64,000 nucleotides of DNA. It comes from Bacteroidota bacterium. GTDB lineage: Bacteria; Bacteroidota; Bacteroidia; Bacteroidales; Lentimicrobiaceae. Made by a program: the position numbers and the translations under genes. The stretch is taken from NCBI GenBank assembly GCA_023417935.1, contig JAEZDY010000022.1, positions 19,593-83,592 of the forward strand. Reading direction: 5' to 3'. Position 1 is the stretch's first letter; each line of letters opens with the position of its first letter. The notes beneath the pieces are model-generated. The model saw nothing but the letters and a program-made list of their open reading frames with translations, was not told where the DNA came from and ran no database searches. This document shows, in pieces, positions 9,117-20,203 of the stretch.

Positions 9117-10742
9117 TTATAATTGTCGACTTTGGTTCCTGGCAATGGCAAGTTTAATTGCTTCATAGGCACTTATAGTACCCCCGGTAACGGAGAGTTC
9201 TGAAAACTTACTTTTCTCCTTTTTCTTACCGGGAATATAAACCTTTAACTTAGGATATTTATTTACAGAGTTCAACAGAATATCTTTCAACTCGGATGCT
9301 GTAAGTTCAGGGAAGTATGACCATACCAGTGCAGCGACACCTGATACCACCGGTCCGGAAAAGCTTGTGCCGTCAGCCATATCGTATTTGCTCTCTGGAT
9401 AAAGAGATACAATGTTTACACCGGGGGCATAAAGGTCAACAGTTGTTTTCCCATAATTTGTAAAACTCCCGCAAAAGTGCTTGTCTTTTTTATGTTGAGT
9501 TGAACCAATCGTAAGCCAGTTTGTGGCAGCTCCACCATCCTGATAGGTTTTTGAAGGATAACAGTCAATCAAGTCCAGATTGTCGGCTTCATTTCCAGCT
9601 GATTTAACGAGTAGTACATTCCGTTCATCTGCATACCTGATGGCATCATCCATAAGGTGACTGTACATAGAAAAGTACTTACCAAAACTCATGTTGATAA
9701 TGTTGGCACCATTATCCACTGCATACCTGATGGCAAGTGCTACATCCTTATCACGCTCATCACCATCTGGCACAACACGTAATACCATAATTTCTACATT
9801 GTTTGCAATACCGTTAATGCCAATGTTATTATTGCGATTTGCTGCAATAATGCCTGAAACAAGTGTTCCATGGGATGATCTTTCACCTATAACATCATTG
9901 TTGCCATAGTGAATATCATTAATATCCGATGGATTATCAGCAATTATTAGTCGGGCATCAAAGTCTAAGTTAAGCCGGTAATCGAGATACTCATCCACAT
10001 TCTTCTTAAAGGAGGTTATCTCATTGTAAGTGAATCCACTTTTAAATAGCTTTAAAAAGAAATCTCTCGACTGCTTCAGAGGTTCTTCATTAGTTTTAAT
10101 AGCCTTAACATCCTCTTCAGTAATTTCATCTTTTTTAAGGTATGCTTTCAATACTGTTTCAGGTCCTTTGATCCTTTGCTCAAATTGTTCCAGACCACTA
10201 CGGTATGAAGCATACTTTTTATATTCATTATCATATTCAGCTTTGCACCGTAAATAGAGATCATAATGTTTCAAATCGTTAGCTTTCACTTCATTTCTGC
10301 TTGCAATATTGCCAAAGCGAGGGGTTAATTCCCGAAGTATCCTAACATATTCCATGTTTTCCATCACTACATTTTCACCTTTGGCATTTCCAATAAAATT
10401 CCAGCCATGCACATCATCTGCATATCCATTGTTATCATCATCCACTCCATTGCCTGCTATTTCATCGCTATTAATCCATATCTTCCCTGCAAGCTCAGGA
10501 TGGTGAATGTCAACGCCTCCATCTATCACGGCAACCACAATTTTCTTTGCAGGTGTTCTGCTATTAAGCAGTTGAGTATACGACTGTTCAACAGCAGCGC
10601 CTTCAATTTTATCAATTACCGGACTCAGGTTATACCAGTTAATATAAGCTTTATCGAGTGAATCGATAGATGATATTCCCCGTGGCTGGGCTGTTGCAGT
10701 AAAGGATATTGCTACAAGTAATATAATAGTTAGTTGCTTCAT
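9117..10742 (-). CDS. Secreted S8 (subtilisin-like) serine peptidase
   Basis: Catalytic triad contexts VAVIDGG, HGTLVSG, GTSFSGP; signal peptide from MKQLTIILL (ATG 10742). Confidence 0.95.
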   Translation of the reverse strand: MKQLTIILLVAISFTATAQPRGISSIDSLDKAYINWYNLSPVIDKIEGAAVEQSYTQLLNSRTPAKKIVVAVIDGGVDIHHPELAGKIWINSDEIAGNGVDDDNNGYADDVHGWNFIGNAKGENVVMENMEYVRILRELTPRFGNIASRNEVKANDLKHYDLYLRCKAEYDNEYKKYASYRSGLEQFEQRIKGPETVLKAYLKKDEITEEDVKAIKTNEEPLKQSRDFFLKLFKSGFTYNEITSFKKNVDEYLDYRLNLDFDARLIIADNPSDINDIHYGNNDVIGERSSHGTLVSGIIAANRNNNIGINGIANNVEIMVLRVVPDGDERDKDVALAIRYAVDNGANIINMSFGKYFSMYSHLMDDAIRYADERNVLLVKSAGNEADNLDLIDCYPSKTYQDGGAATNWLTIGSTQHKKDKHFCGSFTNYGKTTVDLYAPGVNIVSLYPESKYDMADGTSFSGPVVSGVAALVWSYFPELTASELKDILLNSVNKYPKLKVYIPGKKKEKSKFSELSVTGGTISAYEAIKLAIARNQSRQL

Positions 10743-10907
10743 TTGATAAATAGGATTTATGTGAAGCAAATATAAATAAAAAGGGGAACGAAACATAAGC
10801 GGCATATAATGCAACAGGACTTAATTAATTTGCCGGTTTCACTATACGCCGCACCTTGAATTTATTGCCAGGTACTTATCCTGCACCTGGCTTTATTATT
10901 CTAAAGT

Positions 10908-11642
10908 TTAAATAGCATCTGCCTTTGGCTGTGACTTGGAGCTTTTTTGTGTCTCTGCCTGTAAGGCTTTCAATTGTGATTCAAATTTATTCTTCTGCTC
11001 TTCAAAAGCTTCGGTTGCGAGCTTCAAATTGGTTTTGAACTCATTACGCAGGTCTTCATTTGCTTTACTGAACTTTTCAGTAAGCAGTTCATTGGTTTTT
11101 TTCACATCACCAGTGAACATGAATTTCAGGTCATCAACATTCTTGGTGATTACTCCTGAAATATCTGTCTTCATTTGCTCATTGCCGGTCTTAACAGTTT
11201 CAGTAATAGACATTTTTTCCCTGGTAATTCTCGATTTAAGCTGCCAGTATAGGAACAGTGTCACAAAAGCGACTACCAAAAAAGCTATAATCCAGTAAAG
11301 GGTGGTATTGCTGATGGATTTACCTAAATAGTCAATCTTTTGTGTAGAGGTCATTTCAGTCTGGGTAATTCTATTGTCAAAATTACCTGAATACAACTCC
11401 AGCAATTCCTGGGTCTTCTTTAGATCAGCCTGAACCAACAGGAGTGATTCATTTGATGACGTTAACTGGTTATTGAGCTCTGTAATGGCTTTCTGATTAG
11501 CCCTAATCTGGCTTGTTAATTTGGCATTGGAATTTTCAAGTTGCACAACTTTGTTTGTAAGTTGCACAATTTCATTGTTCTGGGCAGGCAAGGTGAATGC
11601 AAAAGCTGCTAACAATACTAGTGACAAGATCATTTTTCTCAT
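10908..11642 (-). CDS. Hypothetical coiled-coil membrane protein
   Basis: Signal peptide MRKMILSLV..., coiled coil, central TM (LYWIIAFLVVAFVTLFLYW), second coiled coil. Confidence 0.75.
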   Translation of the reverse strand: MRKMILSLVLLAAFAFTLPAQNNEIVQLTNKVVQLENSNAKLTSQIRANQKAITELNNQLTSSNESLLLVQADLKKTQELLELYSGNFDNRITQTEMTSTQKIDYLGKSISNTTLYWIIAFLVVAFVTLFLYWQLKSRITREKMSITETVKTGNEQMKTDISGVITKNVDDLKFMFTGDVKKTNELLTEKFSKANEDLRNEFKTNLKLATEAFEEQKNKFESQLKALQAETQKSSKSQPKADAI

Positions 11643-11819
11643 AACAAAATGTGGTTTTAAGGTGTGAATCAATACAATGGCATATATAGATTTAATTGAA
11701 ACTTTCCTGTAATCACTTGTAAGCCCCGGAAGGAAACTGCTATAGTGGGAATAAGCTTGGGACTCTGTTATATCGAGAACGATAAAAGTAATACAATAAT
11801 TAAACAAAATCAAGAAAGC

Positions 11820-11875
11820 TTAACCTTTTCGTAACATTTCCTTAAGATTCTCTTAATATAACGGGAATATTTTTG
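11820..11875 (+). promoter_or_regulatory. Pho-box-like 11-bp periodic direct repeats plus -7 promoter element
   Basis: TTAACC(11820), GTAACA(11831), TTAAGA(11842), TTAATA(11853), then TATTTTTG (TAnnTTTG) at 11868-11875, upstream of pstS. Confidence 0.75.
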
Positions 11876-11893
11876 CACCATAAAAAACAGGTA

Positions 11894-12871
11894 ATGAAAC
11901 TAATGAATTTAAGAATTAAAAATTTTGCGGTTCCGGTGTTGTTGCTTGCACTGCTTGCATCATGTGGTGAACCCCGTAAAGCCGGAGATAAAGAAGGATC
12001 AATATCTATTGATGGTTCAAGTACAGTGTATCCGGTAACGGAAGCTGTTGCTGAAGAATATATCGCCATCAATCCCCGTGTAAGAGTCACCGTTGGTGAA
12101 TCAGGAACCGGTGGAGGCTTTAAGAAGTTCAGTCGTGGTGAAATTGATATTAACGATGCCTCCCGTGCTATAAAACAAAGTGAAATTGATCAGGCTGCCG
12201 CCAACAGTATTAGCTATGTGGAATTGCTTATTGCATATGACGGTATGGCTATAGTGGTTAATCCCGCAAATGACTGGGCAAGTGACATCACTGTTGCCGA
12301 ACTTAAAAAATTATGGGAACCAGCAGCACAAGGTGTCATCACCCGCTGGAATCAAATACGCAGTGATTGGCCCGACAAGGAGATTCATCTATATGGTGCC
12401 GGAACTGCTTCAGGTACATTTGATTATTTCACGGAAGCAATTATGGGTGAAGCAAAACAATGCCGTGGCGATTATACTGCCAGTGAGGACGATAATGTTT
12501 TAGTACAAGGTGTTGCTTCCGATGATGGAGCATTAGGCTTTTTCGGACTGTCATACTTTGAAAACAACAAGGATAAGCTAAAGCTGCTGGCTGTTGATGA
12601 TGAAGATCCATCAAATGGCGAGGGTGCAATTATACCAACCCTTGAAACTGTGAAGAATAAAACATACACTCCACTTTCACGCCCATTATTTATCTATGTA
12701 AACAGCAAAGCTGCTGAAAAAGAAATTGTACAGGACTTCGTGAAATTTTACCTTGATAATACTGCAACGCTTGCAAGTGAAGTAGGTTATATTCCACTGG
12801 CTGAGGATGAAACAGCCCAGGTTAAAGCAAAATGGTCAGATTTTATTAATACTCTGCAACATGTGAACTAA
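11894..12871 (+). CDS. pstS: Phosphate ABC transporter substrate-binding lipoprotein
   Basis: Lipobox [30 protein letters not shown] and PLSRPLFIY motifs. Start at 11894 or 11903. Confidence 0.95.
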   Translation: MKLMNLRIKNFAVPVLLLALLASCGEPRKAGDKEGSISIDGSSTVYPVTEAVAEEYIAINPRVRVTVGESGTGGGFKKFSRGEIDINDASRAIKQSEIDQAAANSISYVELLIAYDGMAIVVNPANDWASDITVAELKKLWEPAAQGVITRWNQIRSDWPDKEIHLYGAGTASGTFDYFTEAIMGEAKQCRGDYTASEDDNVLVQGVASDDGALGFFGLSYFENNKDKLKLLAVDDEDPSNGEGAIIPTLETVKNKTYTPLSRPLFIYVNSKAAEKEIVQDFVKFYLDNTATLASEVGYIPLAEDETAQVKAKWSDFINTLQHVN

Positions 12872-12965
12872 TGTTCGGTAACACAGCACCCGCACGGCTA
12901 ATTCCTAACCATCTGTATACAGGGGATATATATAAAATCGTACCAGAGATACCGACTTTACCAAT

Positions 12966-13844
12966 ATGAGGAAGACTAAAGAAAAAATAATTGAGAAACT
13001 ATTGGCTGCCAGCGGGCTGATGACTGTACTTACTACAGTTGGAATTCTGGTTATCCTGGTTTATGAAACAAGCAAGTTCTTTGCCGATGTATCAGTTTGG
13101 GAGTTTTTTACAAGTACAGAGTGGACACCATTATTTTCAAAAAAGGAATTCGGGATCTGGCCTTTGCTTTCTGCCACTTTTCTCACTTCGCTCATTGCAT
13201 TATTGGTTGCTCTACCTGTTGGTTTAAGTATTGCTATATACCTTAATGAATACGCTAACCGAAGCTTTCGTAAAACAGTCAAGCCAATGCTTGAGGTGTT
13301 GGCTTCTGTTCCTACAGTAGTTTATGGTTTTTTTGCTCTTACTATTGTAACACCTTTCCTTCAACAGTTTATACCCGGCCTCTCGGGCTTCAATTCACTA
13401 TCTCCCGGTCTGGTTATGGGTATAATGATTATCCCTATGATTTCATCACTGAGTGAAGATGCCTTGTTTGCAGTACCACGAACTCTGCGTGATGCATCAT
13501 ACGGCATGGGGGCTACCAGGTTTCAAACGGTTTTTAGAGTATTGATTCCATCAGCTTCATCAGGTATCATTGTTTCGGTAATTCTTGCTGTATCAAGGGC
13601 CATTGGTGAAACTATGATAGTTGCCATTGCAGCCGGCCAACAGCCAAACTTTACTTTTAATCCCTTGGTGCCTGTTGAAACAATTACAACTTATATTGTT
13701 CAGGTGAGTCTTGGAGATGTACCCAGAGATTCACTTGAATACCGTACCATTTTCGCTGCCGGGATGGTATTGTTTGTGCTCACTTTTGTAATGAACAACA
13801 TAAGTCTCTGGCTTAAACGCAAATATCACAGGCAATATGAATAG
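12966..13844 (+). CDS. pstC: Phosphate ABC transporter permease
   Basis: LASVPTVVYG and SRAIGETM motifs; operon position. Confidence 0.95.
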   Translation: MRKTKEKIIEKLLAASGLMTVLTTVGILVILVYETSKFFADVSVWEFFTSTEWTPLFSKKEFGIWPLLSATFLTSLIALLVALPVGLSIAIYLNEYANRSFRKTVKPMLEVLASVPTVVYGFFALTIVTPFLQQFIPGLSGFNSLSPGLVMGIMIIPMISSLSEDALFAVPRTLRDASYGMGATRFQTVFRVLIPSASSGIIVSVILAVSRAIGETMIVAIAAGQQPNFTFNPLVPVETITTYIVQVSLGDVPRDSLEYRTIFAAGMVLFVLTFVMNNISLWLKRKYHRQYE

Positions 13845-14694
13845 AACAAAGAAAAACAGACTTAATGATTCACTTTTCAAGTACTTTGGTATTTTCAATA
13901 CTTTCCTTGGATTAGTGATTCTTGCGGTGTTTATCATTATTATATTGCAAACAGGTCTATCACGCCTTAGCTGGGATTTCATAACATCACTGCCCTCGCG
14001 CTTCCCTGAAAAGGCAGGTATATACACTGCACTCATAGGTACATTCTGGATGTTGGCCCTCACAATAATTTTCTCGGTAACTCTGGGCGTTTCCGCCGGT
14101 ATATACCTTGAGGAATATGCAAAGAAAGGCTTCTTTTCACGGATGCTCGAAATAAATATCTCAAATCTGGTAGGGGTACCCTCAGTTATATATGGCATTC
14201 TCGGATTGGCATTCTTCAACAGGTATCTGGGACTGGGGGGAAGTCTGCTGGCCGGAAGTTTCACCCTTTCATTGCTAATCATTCCTGTTATAATAGTCAC
14301 CACCCGTGAATCGCTAAAAGCAGTTCCCCGCACTATTAAAGAGGCAGCTTATGCCCTCGGTGCAACAAGGTGGCAAACCATTAGCAAGCAACTTTTGCCT
14401 GCAGCTTCAGGAAGCATTGTTACAGGTGTTATCCTCGCATTGGCCAGGGCAATAGGTGAGGCAGCACCATTGATTGTTGTTGGTGCGCTCGTATATGTCC
14501 CGTTTATTCCACATTCACCTCTTGATGATTATACCTTACTGCCAATACAAATATTCAACTGGACCTCCCGACCACAGCCGGAGTTTCAGGTAAACGCGTC
14601 AGCAGGAATCATCGTCCTTCTATTCCTTACATTTGTCCTCAATGGTATAAGTGTACACTTACGCAACAAGTGGCAGAAAAAAGTTAAATGGTAA
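13837..14694 (+). CDS. pstA: Phosphate ABC transporter permease
   Basis: [11 protein letters not shown] and [10 protein letters not shown] motifs; overlaps pstC. Confidence 0.95.
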   Translation: MNRTKKNRLNDSLFKYFGIFNTFLGLVILAVFIIIILQTGLSRLSWDFITSLPSRFPEKAGIYTALIGTFWMLALTIIFSVTLGVSAGIYLEEYAKKGFFSRMLEINISNLVGVPSVIYGILGLAFFNRYLGLGGSLLAGSFTLSLLIIPVIIVTTRESLKAVPRTIKEAAYALGATRWQTISKQLLPAASGSIVTGVILALARAIGEAAPLIVVGALVYVPFIPHSPLDDYTLLPIQIFNWTSRPQPEFQVNASAGIIVLLFLTFVLNGISVHLRNKWQKKVKW

Positions 14695-14704
14695 AAACAA
14701 CAAA

Positions 14705-15457
14705 ATGAATCAGTTAATTGCAAAAAATATAAATGTATGGTACGGCGATAATCATGCCTTGCAGGATGTATCAATGGTAATTGAACCATACCAGGTAACG
14801 GCCCTTATAGGTCCTTCGGGCTGCGGTAAATCTACTTTCCTCAGGCTATTCAACCGCATGAACGATTATATCGACAACTTCAGGATGGAAGGGGAAATAT
14901 TGATAAACGAAACAAATATATACGACCCCACAGTAAATACTGAAGAGTTGCGAAAGAAAGTAGGAATGGTTTTTCAGAAACCAAATCCTTTTCCTTCAAG
15001 CATATATGAAAATGTTGCGTTTGGCATGCGCATCCAGGGCATGAACAAGAAATCTGAGCTGGATGAAGTGGTGGAAACTTCACTTAAAAAAGCTGTATTG
15101 TGGGATGAAGTAAAAGACAGCCTTAAAAAGCCTGCATTCTCACTTTCAGGTGGTCAGCAGCAGCGGCTGTGTATTGCACGTACACTGGCTGTAGAGCCTG
15201 AAGTAATACTGATGGATGAACCGGCATCAGCACTCGATCCAATATCAACCAGTAAGCTTGAAAACCTTATATTTGAACTCAAGAAAAGCTATACAATTGT
15301 AATTGTCACCCACAATATGCAACAGGCAGGACGTATTAGCGATAAAACAGCCTTCTTCTATATGGGGAGACTGATTGAGTATGATACCACCAAAAAAATG
15401 TTTCTTAAGCCTGCTCATTTGCAAACACAGAACTATATAACCGGACGATTCGGTTGA
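14705..15457 (+). CDS. pstB: Phosphate ABC transporter ATP-binding protein
   Basis: [21 protein letters not shown] and C-terminal YITGRFG. ATG 14705 preferred. Confidence 0.97.
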   Translation: MNQLIAKNINVWYGDNHALQDVSMVIEPYQVTALIGPSGCGKSTFLRLFNRMNDYIDNFRMEGEILINETNIYDPTVNTEELRKKVGMVFQKPNPFPSSIYENVAFGMRIQGMNKKSELDEVVETSLKKAVLWDEVKDSLKKPAFSLSGGQQQRLCIARTLAVEPEVILMDEPASALDPISTSKLENLIFELKKSYTIVIVTHNMQQAGRISDKTAFFYMGRLIEYDTTKKMFLKPAHLQTQNYITGRFG

Positions 15458-15477
15458 AAAAATTAAAGACCTGAACT

Positions 15478-16152
15478 ATGATACCACAAATAGAAATTGA
15501 ATTAGCCAACCTGAAAAGTTCCATCACTGAGTTAGCTAACCTTGTGTTGCTGCAACTCGATAAATCAGGAGATGCTTTGAATAATGCTGATATTGACCTG
15601 GCCAATGAAGTAATACGCTATGAGAAGCGAATCAACGGACTTGAAGTAAATATCGAGAAAGCGTGTGAGAATATCCTTGCCTTGTACAACCCGGTAGCCA
15701 ATGACCTCAGGTTTGTATTATCAACCCTCAAGATCAATATAAATCTCGAACGCATCGGTGACTATGCCCGCAGTATTGCCAGGATAGTAAAACGCTGTGA
15801 GCAACCGCTTAGGAATGAGCTGATATCAATGCTGAATATTAACCACATGTATGTAACATGCCATATTATGTTACTAACTACCCTCGAAGCTATGGAAAGT
15901 GATGCAGGGGAAAGTACATTGCGCTCAATTTTTGTCAAAGATGAAATATTGAATAAAATTCAGGATGATGCAATTCAGTTAATTTCACGACATTTGCAAG
16001 ATAACCCTGCCGATGCAGAGGCTTGCCTGAACCTTTATGTAGTGGTCAGAAAGCTTGAGCGTGTTGGCGATCATATTAAAAACATTGCTGAGGAGATAAT
16101 CTTTCATAAAGAAGCTAAGATATTGAGACACAAGAAGAAAATAAAAAAATAG
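15478..16152 (+). CDS. phoU: Phosphate signalling protein PhoU
   Basis: PVANDLR, LERIGDYA and LERVGDHIKNIAE motifs. Confidence 0.95.
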   Translation: MIPQIEIELANLKSSITELANLVLLQLDKSGDALNNADIDLANEVIRYEKRINGLEVNIEKACENILALYNPVANDLRFVLSTLKININLERIGDYARSIARIVKRCEQPLRNELISMLNINHMYVTCHIMLLTTLEAMESDAGESTLRSIFVKDEILNKIQDDAIQLISRHLQDNPADAEACLNLYVVVRKLERVGDHIKNIAEEIIFHKEAKILRHKKKIKK

Positions 16153-16219
16153 ATTCTGATTCATCAGGTTTATTTTTCAAAAAATTAATGCAGTTCACAC
16201 TATCAAACCAAAAACCAAC

Positions 16220-17293
16220 ATGAAAAAACAATTTGCAATCTTATTATTCCTATTGGCCGGTGCAAGTATACTTAAGGCACAAGATGAATTCAAACCAGGT
16301 GGAAGCGGTATTGGTCAGGTATTCTTCAATTACAAATACGACCTTACCCAGGATGTCACCCGCACAAGTTCCTTTAACCTTGAAAGAGCTTACCTTGGTT
16401 ATAAATACGACTTCGCCAAAAACCTCTCAGGCAGGGTGATCTTTGATGTTGCTTATGATAATAATACCAAAGCATTTAGTGCATGGGCCAAGAACGCCTA
16501 CATGGAATGGGCTGTTCTACCCGAATTAAAATTATCGTTTGGTATGATCCCTTTGAAGCATTTCGACCTGCAGGATAAATTCTGGGGTTACCGGTATATC
16601 ATGAAAACCTTCACTGATGAATATGGTATGGGTACTACCGCTGATCTTGGATTGGGCGCAGAACTCCCATTAAATGATTTTATCGCTTTCAACCTCTATG
16701 CAGTAAACGGTGAAGGCTTCAGAGGTATACAGGATAACTTTGGTGTACACAAATATGGCGCTAATGCTACCATTAAACCTGCTGAAGGATTAATAGCACG
16801 GTTGCACTATGATGTTATGGCTAATAAATTCAGGAGAAATGACATTCTAACCGGCCTGCCAACCGGTGCGGTTCTTGATACAGCTACCATTTCAGTTCTT
16901 TCTGCCTTCCTGGGTTATGAACAAAAGGACCTATTCAGAATAGGTGTTGAATATAACTTCATGAACAACGCCACTAACTTCCGGTCACCTGCCGAAGATT
17001 ATAAATCTGGTGGCATATCAGTGTTTGGAACCTATGTAATAAACCCTCAATTTGAAATCTTTGCACGTTATGATAATCTAACCCGTGAGATGCCCCTGGC
17101 ATCAGGAGCAGATTTGTCTGACCCATTCAGATGGGATAACCAGAAAGGTTCATTAATAATGGGTGGTATACAGTACAGGGTTGTTAAAAATGTGAATCTG
17201 GCTCTGAATTACCGCACATTCATTTATGAAGTTGACAGTGAAAGAAGGCCTAACACCTCAGGGTTGTTTGTTAATTTAGGATTGTTCCTGTAA
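16220..17293 (+). CDS. Outer-membrane beta-barrel porin, probably phosphate-selective
   Basis: Signal peptide, FNLERAYLGY, alternating beta strands, aromatic C-terminus; last gene of the pst cluster. Confidence 0.7.
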   Translation: MKKQFAILLFLLAGASILKAQDEFKPGGSGIGQVFFNYKYDLTQDVTRTSSFNLERAYLGYKYDFAKNLSGRVIFDVAYDNNTKAFSAWAKNAYMEWAVLPELKLSFGMIPLKHFDLQDKFWGYRYIMKTFTDEYGMGTTADLGLGAELPLNDFIAFNLYAVNGEGFRGIQDNFGVHKYGANATIKPAEGLIARLHYDVMANKFRRNDILTGLPTGAVLDTATISVLSAFLGYEQKDLFRIGVEYNFMNNATNFRSPAEDYKSGGISVFGTYVINPQFEIFARYDNLTREMPLASGADLSDPFRWDNQKGSLIMGGIQYRVVKNVNLALNYRTFIYEVDSERRPNTSGLFVNLGLFL

Positions 17294-17329
17294 GATAGAC
17301 TTGATTAGGTTTGTTTCCATATATTTAAT

Positions 17330-18649
17330 CTAATGACTATTTGGACCATGGCTACCATGGTCCATCTTATTTTTTGAGGCTGGCTGTTCTTCTGCAGCAG
17401 GATTCATCATGCTTGGCTTGCCTTCCAGCTGTGCGGCAGCATCTACATTGAAAGTTCCCTGTGTTACAATCTCTTCACCTTCCTCAAGTCCGCTCAGCAC
17501 AATGTAGCTGTTACCCAGTGTAGGACCGATCTCAATTTCCCGCATTTTAAAGATAGATTCATCAGTAGCTGATTGCTTGACATAAACAATAGAGCGCTTG
17601 CCTGTCCATAATACTGCAGAGCGTGGGATAACCAGGTTGTTTGAAAATTGTTCCATGTTTGCCTCCAATAAACCGGTTACAAACATTTCAGGCTTAAGCT
17701 TACGCGACTGGTTGTTTATTTCGACCCTTACCTTTGAAACACGGTTAACTGCATCAATCACAGGGTCAATAAAGGAGATCCGCCCACTAAACGTTTGTCC
17801 CGGCAGTGCCTGAGCAGTAAACCTGATCTTGTCACCCTTGTTAAGGAACGGCAAATCACTCTCATAGGCATCAAACATAACCCAAACGGAAGAGAGGTCA
17901 GCTATGTCAAATAACACAGTTCCCTGGTTTACGTGATCGCCTGAGTTGATGCGGCGGGCGGTTACAATTCCACTGGTATTGGATGTAATCTCAAAGTTAG
18001 TCTTTACTTTTCCTGATTGTTCAATATCATTGATCTGTTGCAAGGTCAGTTTCCATTGCAGCAGGCGCTCGCGGGCGGCCTCATATATTTCAGGTTGCTG
18101 CTCTTTAACACTGGCTGCTTCCAGCAACTCCTGCTGGGCAGTAACCAATTCAGGTGAATAGATTTCTGCAAGTGGTTGTCCTTTTCTTACCTGCTCACCG
18201 GTAAAGTTCACAAGCAGGCGTTCAATCCTTCCGGGGATATGGGCTACCTGGCTCTGAAGTAAACGTTCATCAGCCTGTACTTTTCCATAGAGCCTAACCT
18301 CCTTCACCGGTTTTTGGATTGTTACTGTAGAAGTCATCACATTGGCCAGTTCAGCAGCAGCTTTCGACAGATGAATTGCATTCGGATCGGGGAATGCTGA
18401 ATCTGTAGTGCTTTGACTCAGTGGAATCAGGTCCATTCCGCAGATCGGGCAGTCACCCGGGGCGTCCCTCCTGATCTGTGGGTGCATGGAGCAAGTCCAT
18501 GTAGTCGACTCGGCTGACTCATTTGAATGGTTGTGCCTATCCTCCGATTCGGATGAATTATGAAAGAAGAGCCATCCAAGTGCCAAACCACCCAGCACCA
18601 GTAAGATGTATGTTAAGTATTTCTTGGTTTTGGTGTTATCCATTTTCAT
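17330..18649 (-). CDS. cusB: CusB-like RND periplasmic adaptor with heavy-metal-binding domain
   Basis: WTCSMHPQI...CPICGMDL, YSPELV.AQQE and LKPEMFV; His-rich ends. Confidence 0.9.
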   Translation of the reverse strand: MKMDNTKTKKYLTYILLVLGGLALGWLFFHNSSESEDRHNHSNESAESTTWTCSMHPQIRRDAPGDCPICGMDLIPLSQSTTDSAFPDPNAIHLSKAAAELANVMTSTVTIQKPVKEVRLYGKVQADERLLQSQVAHIPGRIERLLVNFTGEQVRKGQPLAEIYSPELVTAQQELLEAASVKEQQPEIYEAARERLLQWKLTLQQINDIEQSGKVKTNFEITSNTSGIVTARRINSGDHVNQGTVLFDIADLSSVWVMFDAYESDLPFLNKGDKIRFTAQALPGQTFSGRISFIDPVIDAVNRVSKVRVEINNQSRKLKPEMFVTGLLEANMEQFSNNLVIPRSAVLWTGKRSIVYVKQSATDESIFKMREIEIGPTLGNSYIVLSGLEEGEEIVTQGTFNVDAAAQLEGKPSMMNPAAEEQPASKNKMDHGSHGPNSH

Positions 18650-18712
18650 CTCTTTTTATCTCTTTATATCTCGTATTATCTCTCTTTTTACTCTTTTTTA
18701 AAATTTGCCGTT

Positions 18713-20203
18713 TTAAAAATCACCGTTCTTAGCCATTAAACGACGGATATAGGCAATTGACGTGTTATAGTTTGCCAGGGCTTCAACCTGTTTAAATTCG
18801 TACTCGAGTGTTTGTTGCCTCACCCTAAGAATATCAGTTAATGCAGCACCGGATGCAGAGAAATCGCGTATCATCAGATCAAGGGATTTTTGCGCAAGGG
18901 TTTGCTGATTTTTATAGAGTTTCATAAGTCGTCTGTTATCAAGGAATGCCTGGTAAGCTGAATAGATCTCCGCCTGAAGTGTATTGGCAGTTGCCTTATA
19001 GTTGTTCTCTGATGCTGATTTTAATAGGTCAGCTTCCTGTTGCAAAGCCCTGTACTTTTTCCTGTAAATTGGCAGAGTGATCTTTACCATTGGCATGAGC
19101 ATATCAGTACCGTTCATCTCTGAAGTCGACATCATGCTTTCATTTATTACCGAGTAATTAACTCCCAGTCCTATCATCGGATAACCCATCCTGTTATTCA
19201 TCAGCCGGCGTGACTCGAGTGATTGTTGTTCATAAGCAATCATTGTCAGCATTGGATTATTCCTGAGTACACTGTCGGCAATATCATCCAAAGCTACAAC
19301 CAATGAATCGGCATACAATGTATCAGGTAAAAATACAGCCTGATCAAGAGGCCGGTTAAGCAAGGCATTAAACTGCGCTGTTACAGTATTCTGACTGTTC
19401 CTAAGCAAGGCAATGTTGTTTTCAAGGTCAGCAATTTCAATCTGGATCCTGTATAAGTCACTTAATGATCCACCTGTTGAGGAAGCAGGCATGCTGCTAC
19501 CCTGCATGGAACTGCCCGTTGAAGGTATTGCTCCTGAACTGCTTTGTGATCCTCCCATGTTACTCATTCCACCTTGTGAAGCACCTGTGTTCACTGAAGT
19601 GCTCTGCTGCATTGAAGTACCAGGTGAAGTTGTTGAAGTTCTTGCTCCGGGTGCTAGCTTAAAGCGGGTAAGTGCCAGTCGTTCAATGGTGCGCAGGAGT
19701 GCAAGGTTCTTTTCTGCAATATTGATTTCCTCTTTAAGAATATATGCCTGGTACCAGGTGCGTTGAACATTATAGTAAAGCTCTGATTTTGCATCCTTAA
19801 ACGATTCATAATTTGCAAGAGCCATAAGGCTCATTTCATCTTTTGAATTCTTCAGTACGCCAAACCATGGAAACATCTGCATAAGACTTACTTCTGCAAT
19901 CTGATTACCACTGATAAGTTCCATCGGAGTCAGGAAGATTCCGGTTGTTAGTTCCGGATCAGGTAAGGCTCCTACCTGACTCACTTTTTCGAGTGAAGCC
20001 CTGTATTCATTCAAACGCTGCAAAACCAAAGGGTTGTTCTCACCGGCAATGCGCATATATTTTATAAGTGAATCGCCTGGCGCATCACCCGATGAAACAG
20101 CTATGCCTTGCGCCCCTTGCGATGACTCAACAGTATTTTGAGCACATGCTCCGCCTGCGGCAAGTAAAAGTATTGTCAGGAACACTTTAACAGGATTAAT
20201 CAT
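18713..20203 (-). CDS. TolC/CusC-family outer-membrane efflux protein
   Basis: ALPDP, MQMFPWFG and LPIYRKKY motifs. Start MINPVKVF (ATG 20203) overlaps the cusA stop. Confidence 0.9.
   Translation of the reverse strand: MINPVKVFLTILLLAAGGACAQNTVESSQGAQGIAVSSGDAPGDSLIKYMRIAGENNPLVLQRLNEYRASLEKVSQVGALPDPELTTGIFLTPMELISGNQIAEVSLMQMFPWFGVLKNSKDEMSLMALANYESFKDAKSELYYNVQRTWYQAYILKEEINIAEKNLALLRTIERLALTRFKLAPGARTSTTSPGTSMQQSTSVNTGASQGGMSNMGGSQSSSGAIPSTGSSMQGSSMPASSTGGSLSDLYRIQIEIADLENNIALLRNSQNTVTAQFNALLNRPLDQAVFLPDTLYADSLVVALDDIADSVLRNNPMLTMIAYEQQSLESRRLMNNRMGYPMIGLGVNYSVINESMMSTSEMNGTDMLMPMVKITLPIYRKKYRALQQEADLLKSASENNYKATANTLQAEIYSAYQAFLDNRRLMKLYKNQQTLAQKSLDLMIRDFSASGAALTDILRVRQQTLEYEFKQVEALANYNTSIAYIRRLMAKNGDF

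Noticed and set aside
13731..14333. Long antisense ORFs (also 36098..36673, 57890..58489 and many within cusA and the T9SS genes)
   Set aside because: Shadow frames opposite well-supported genes.
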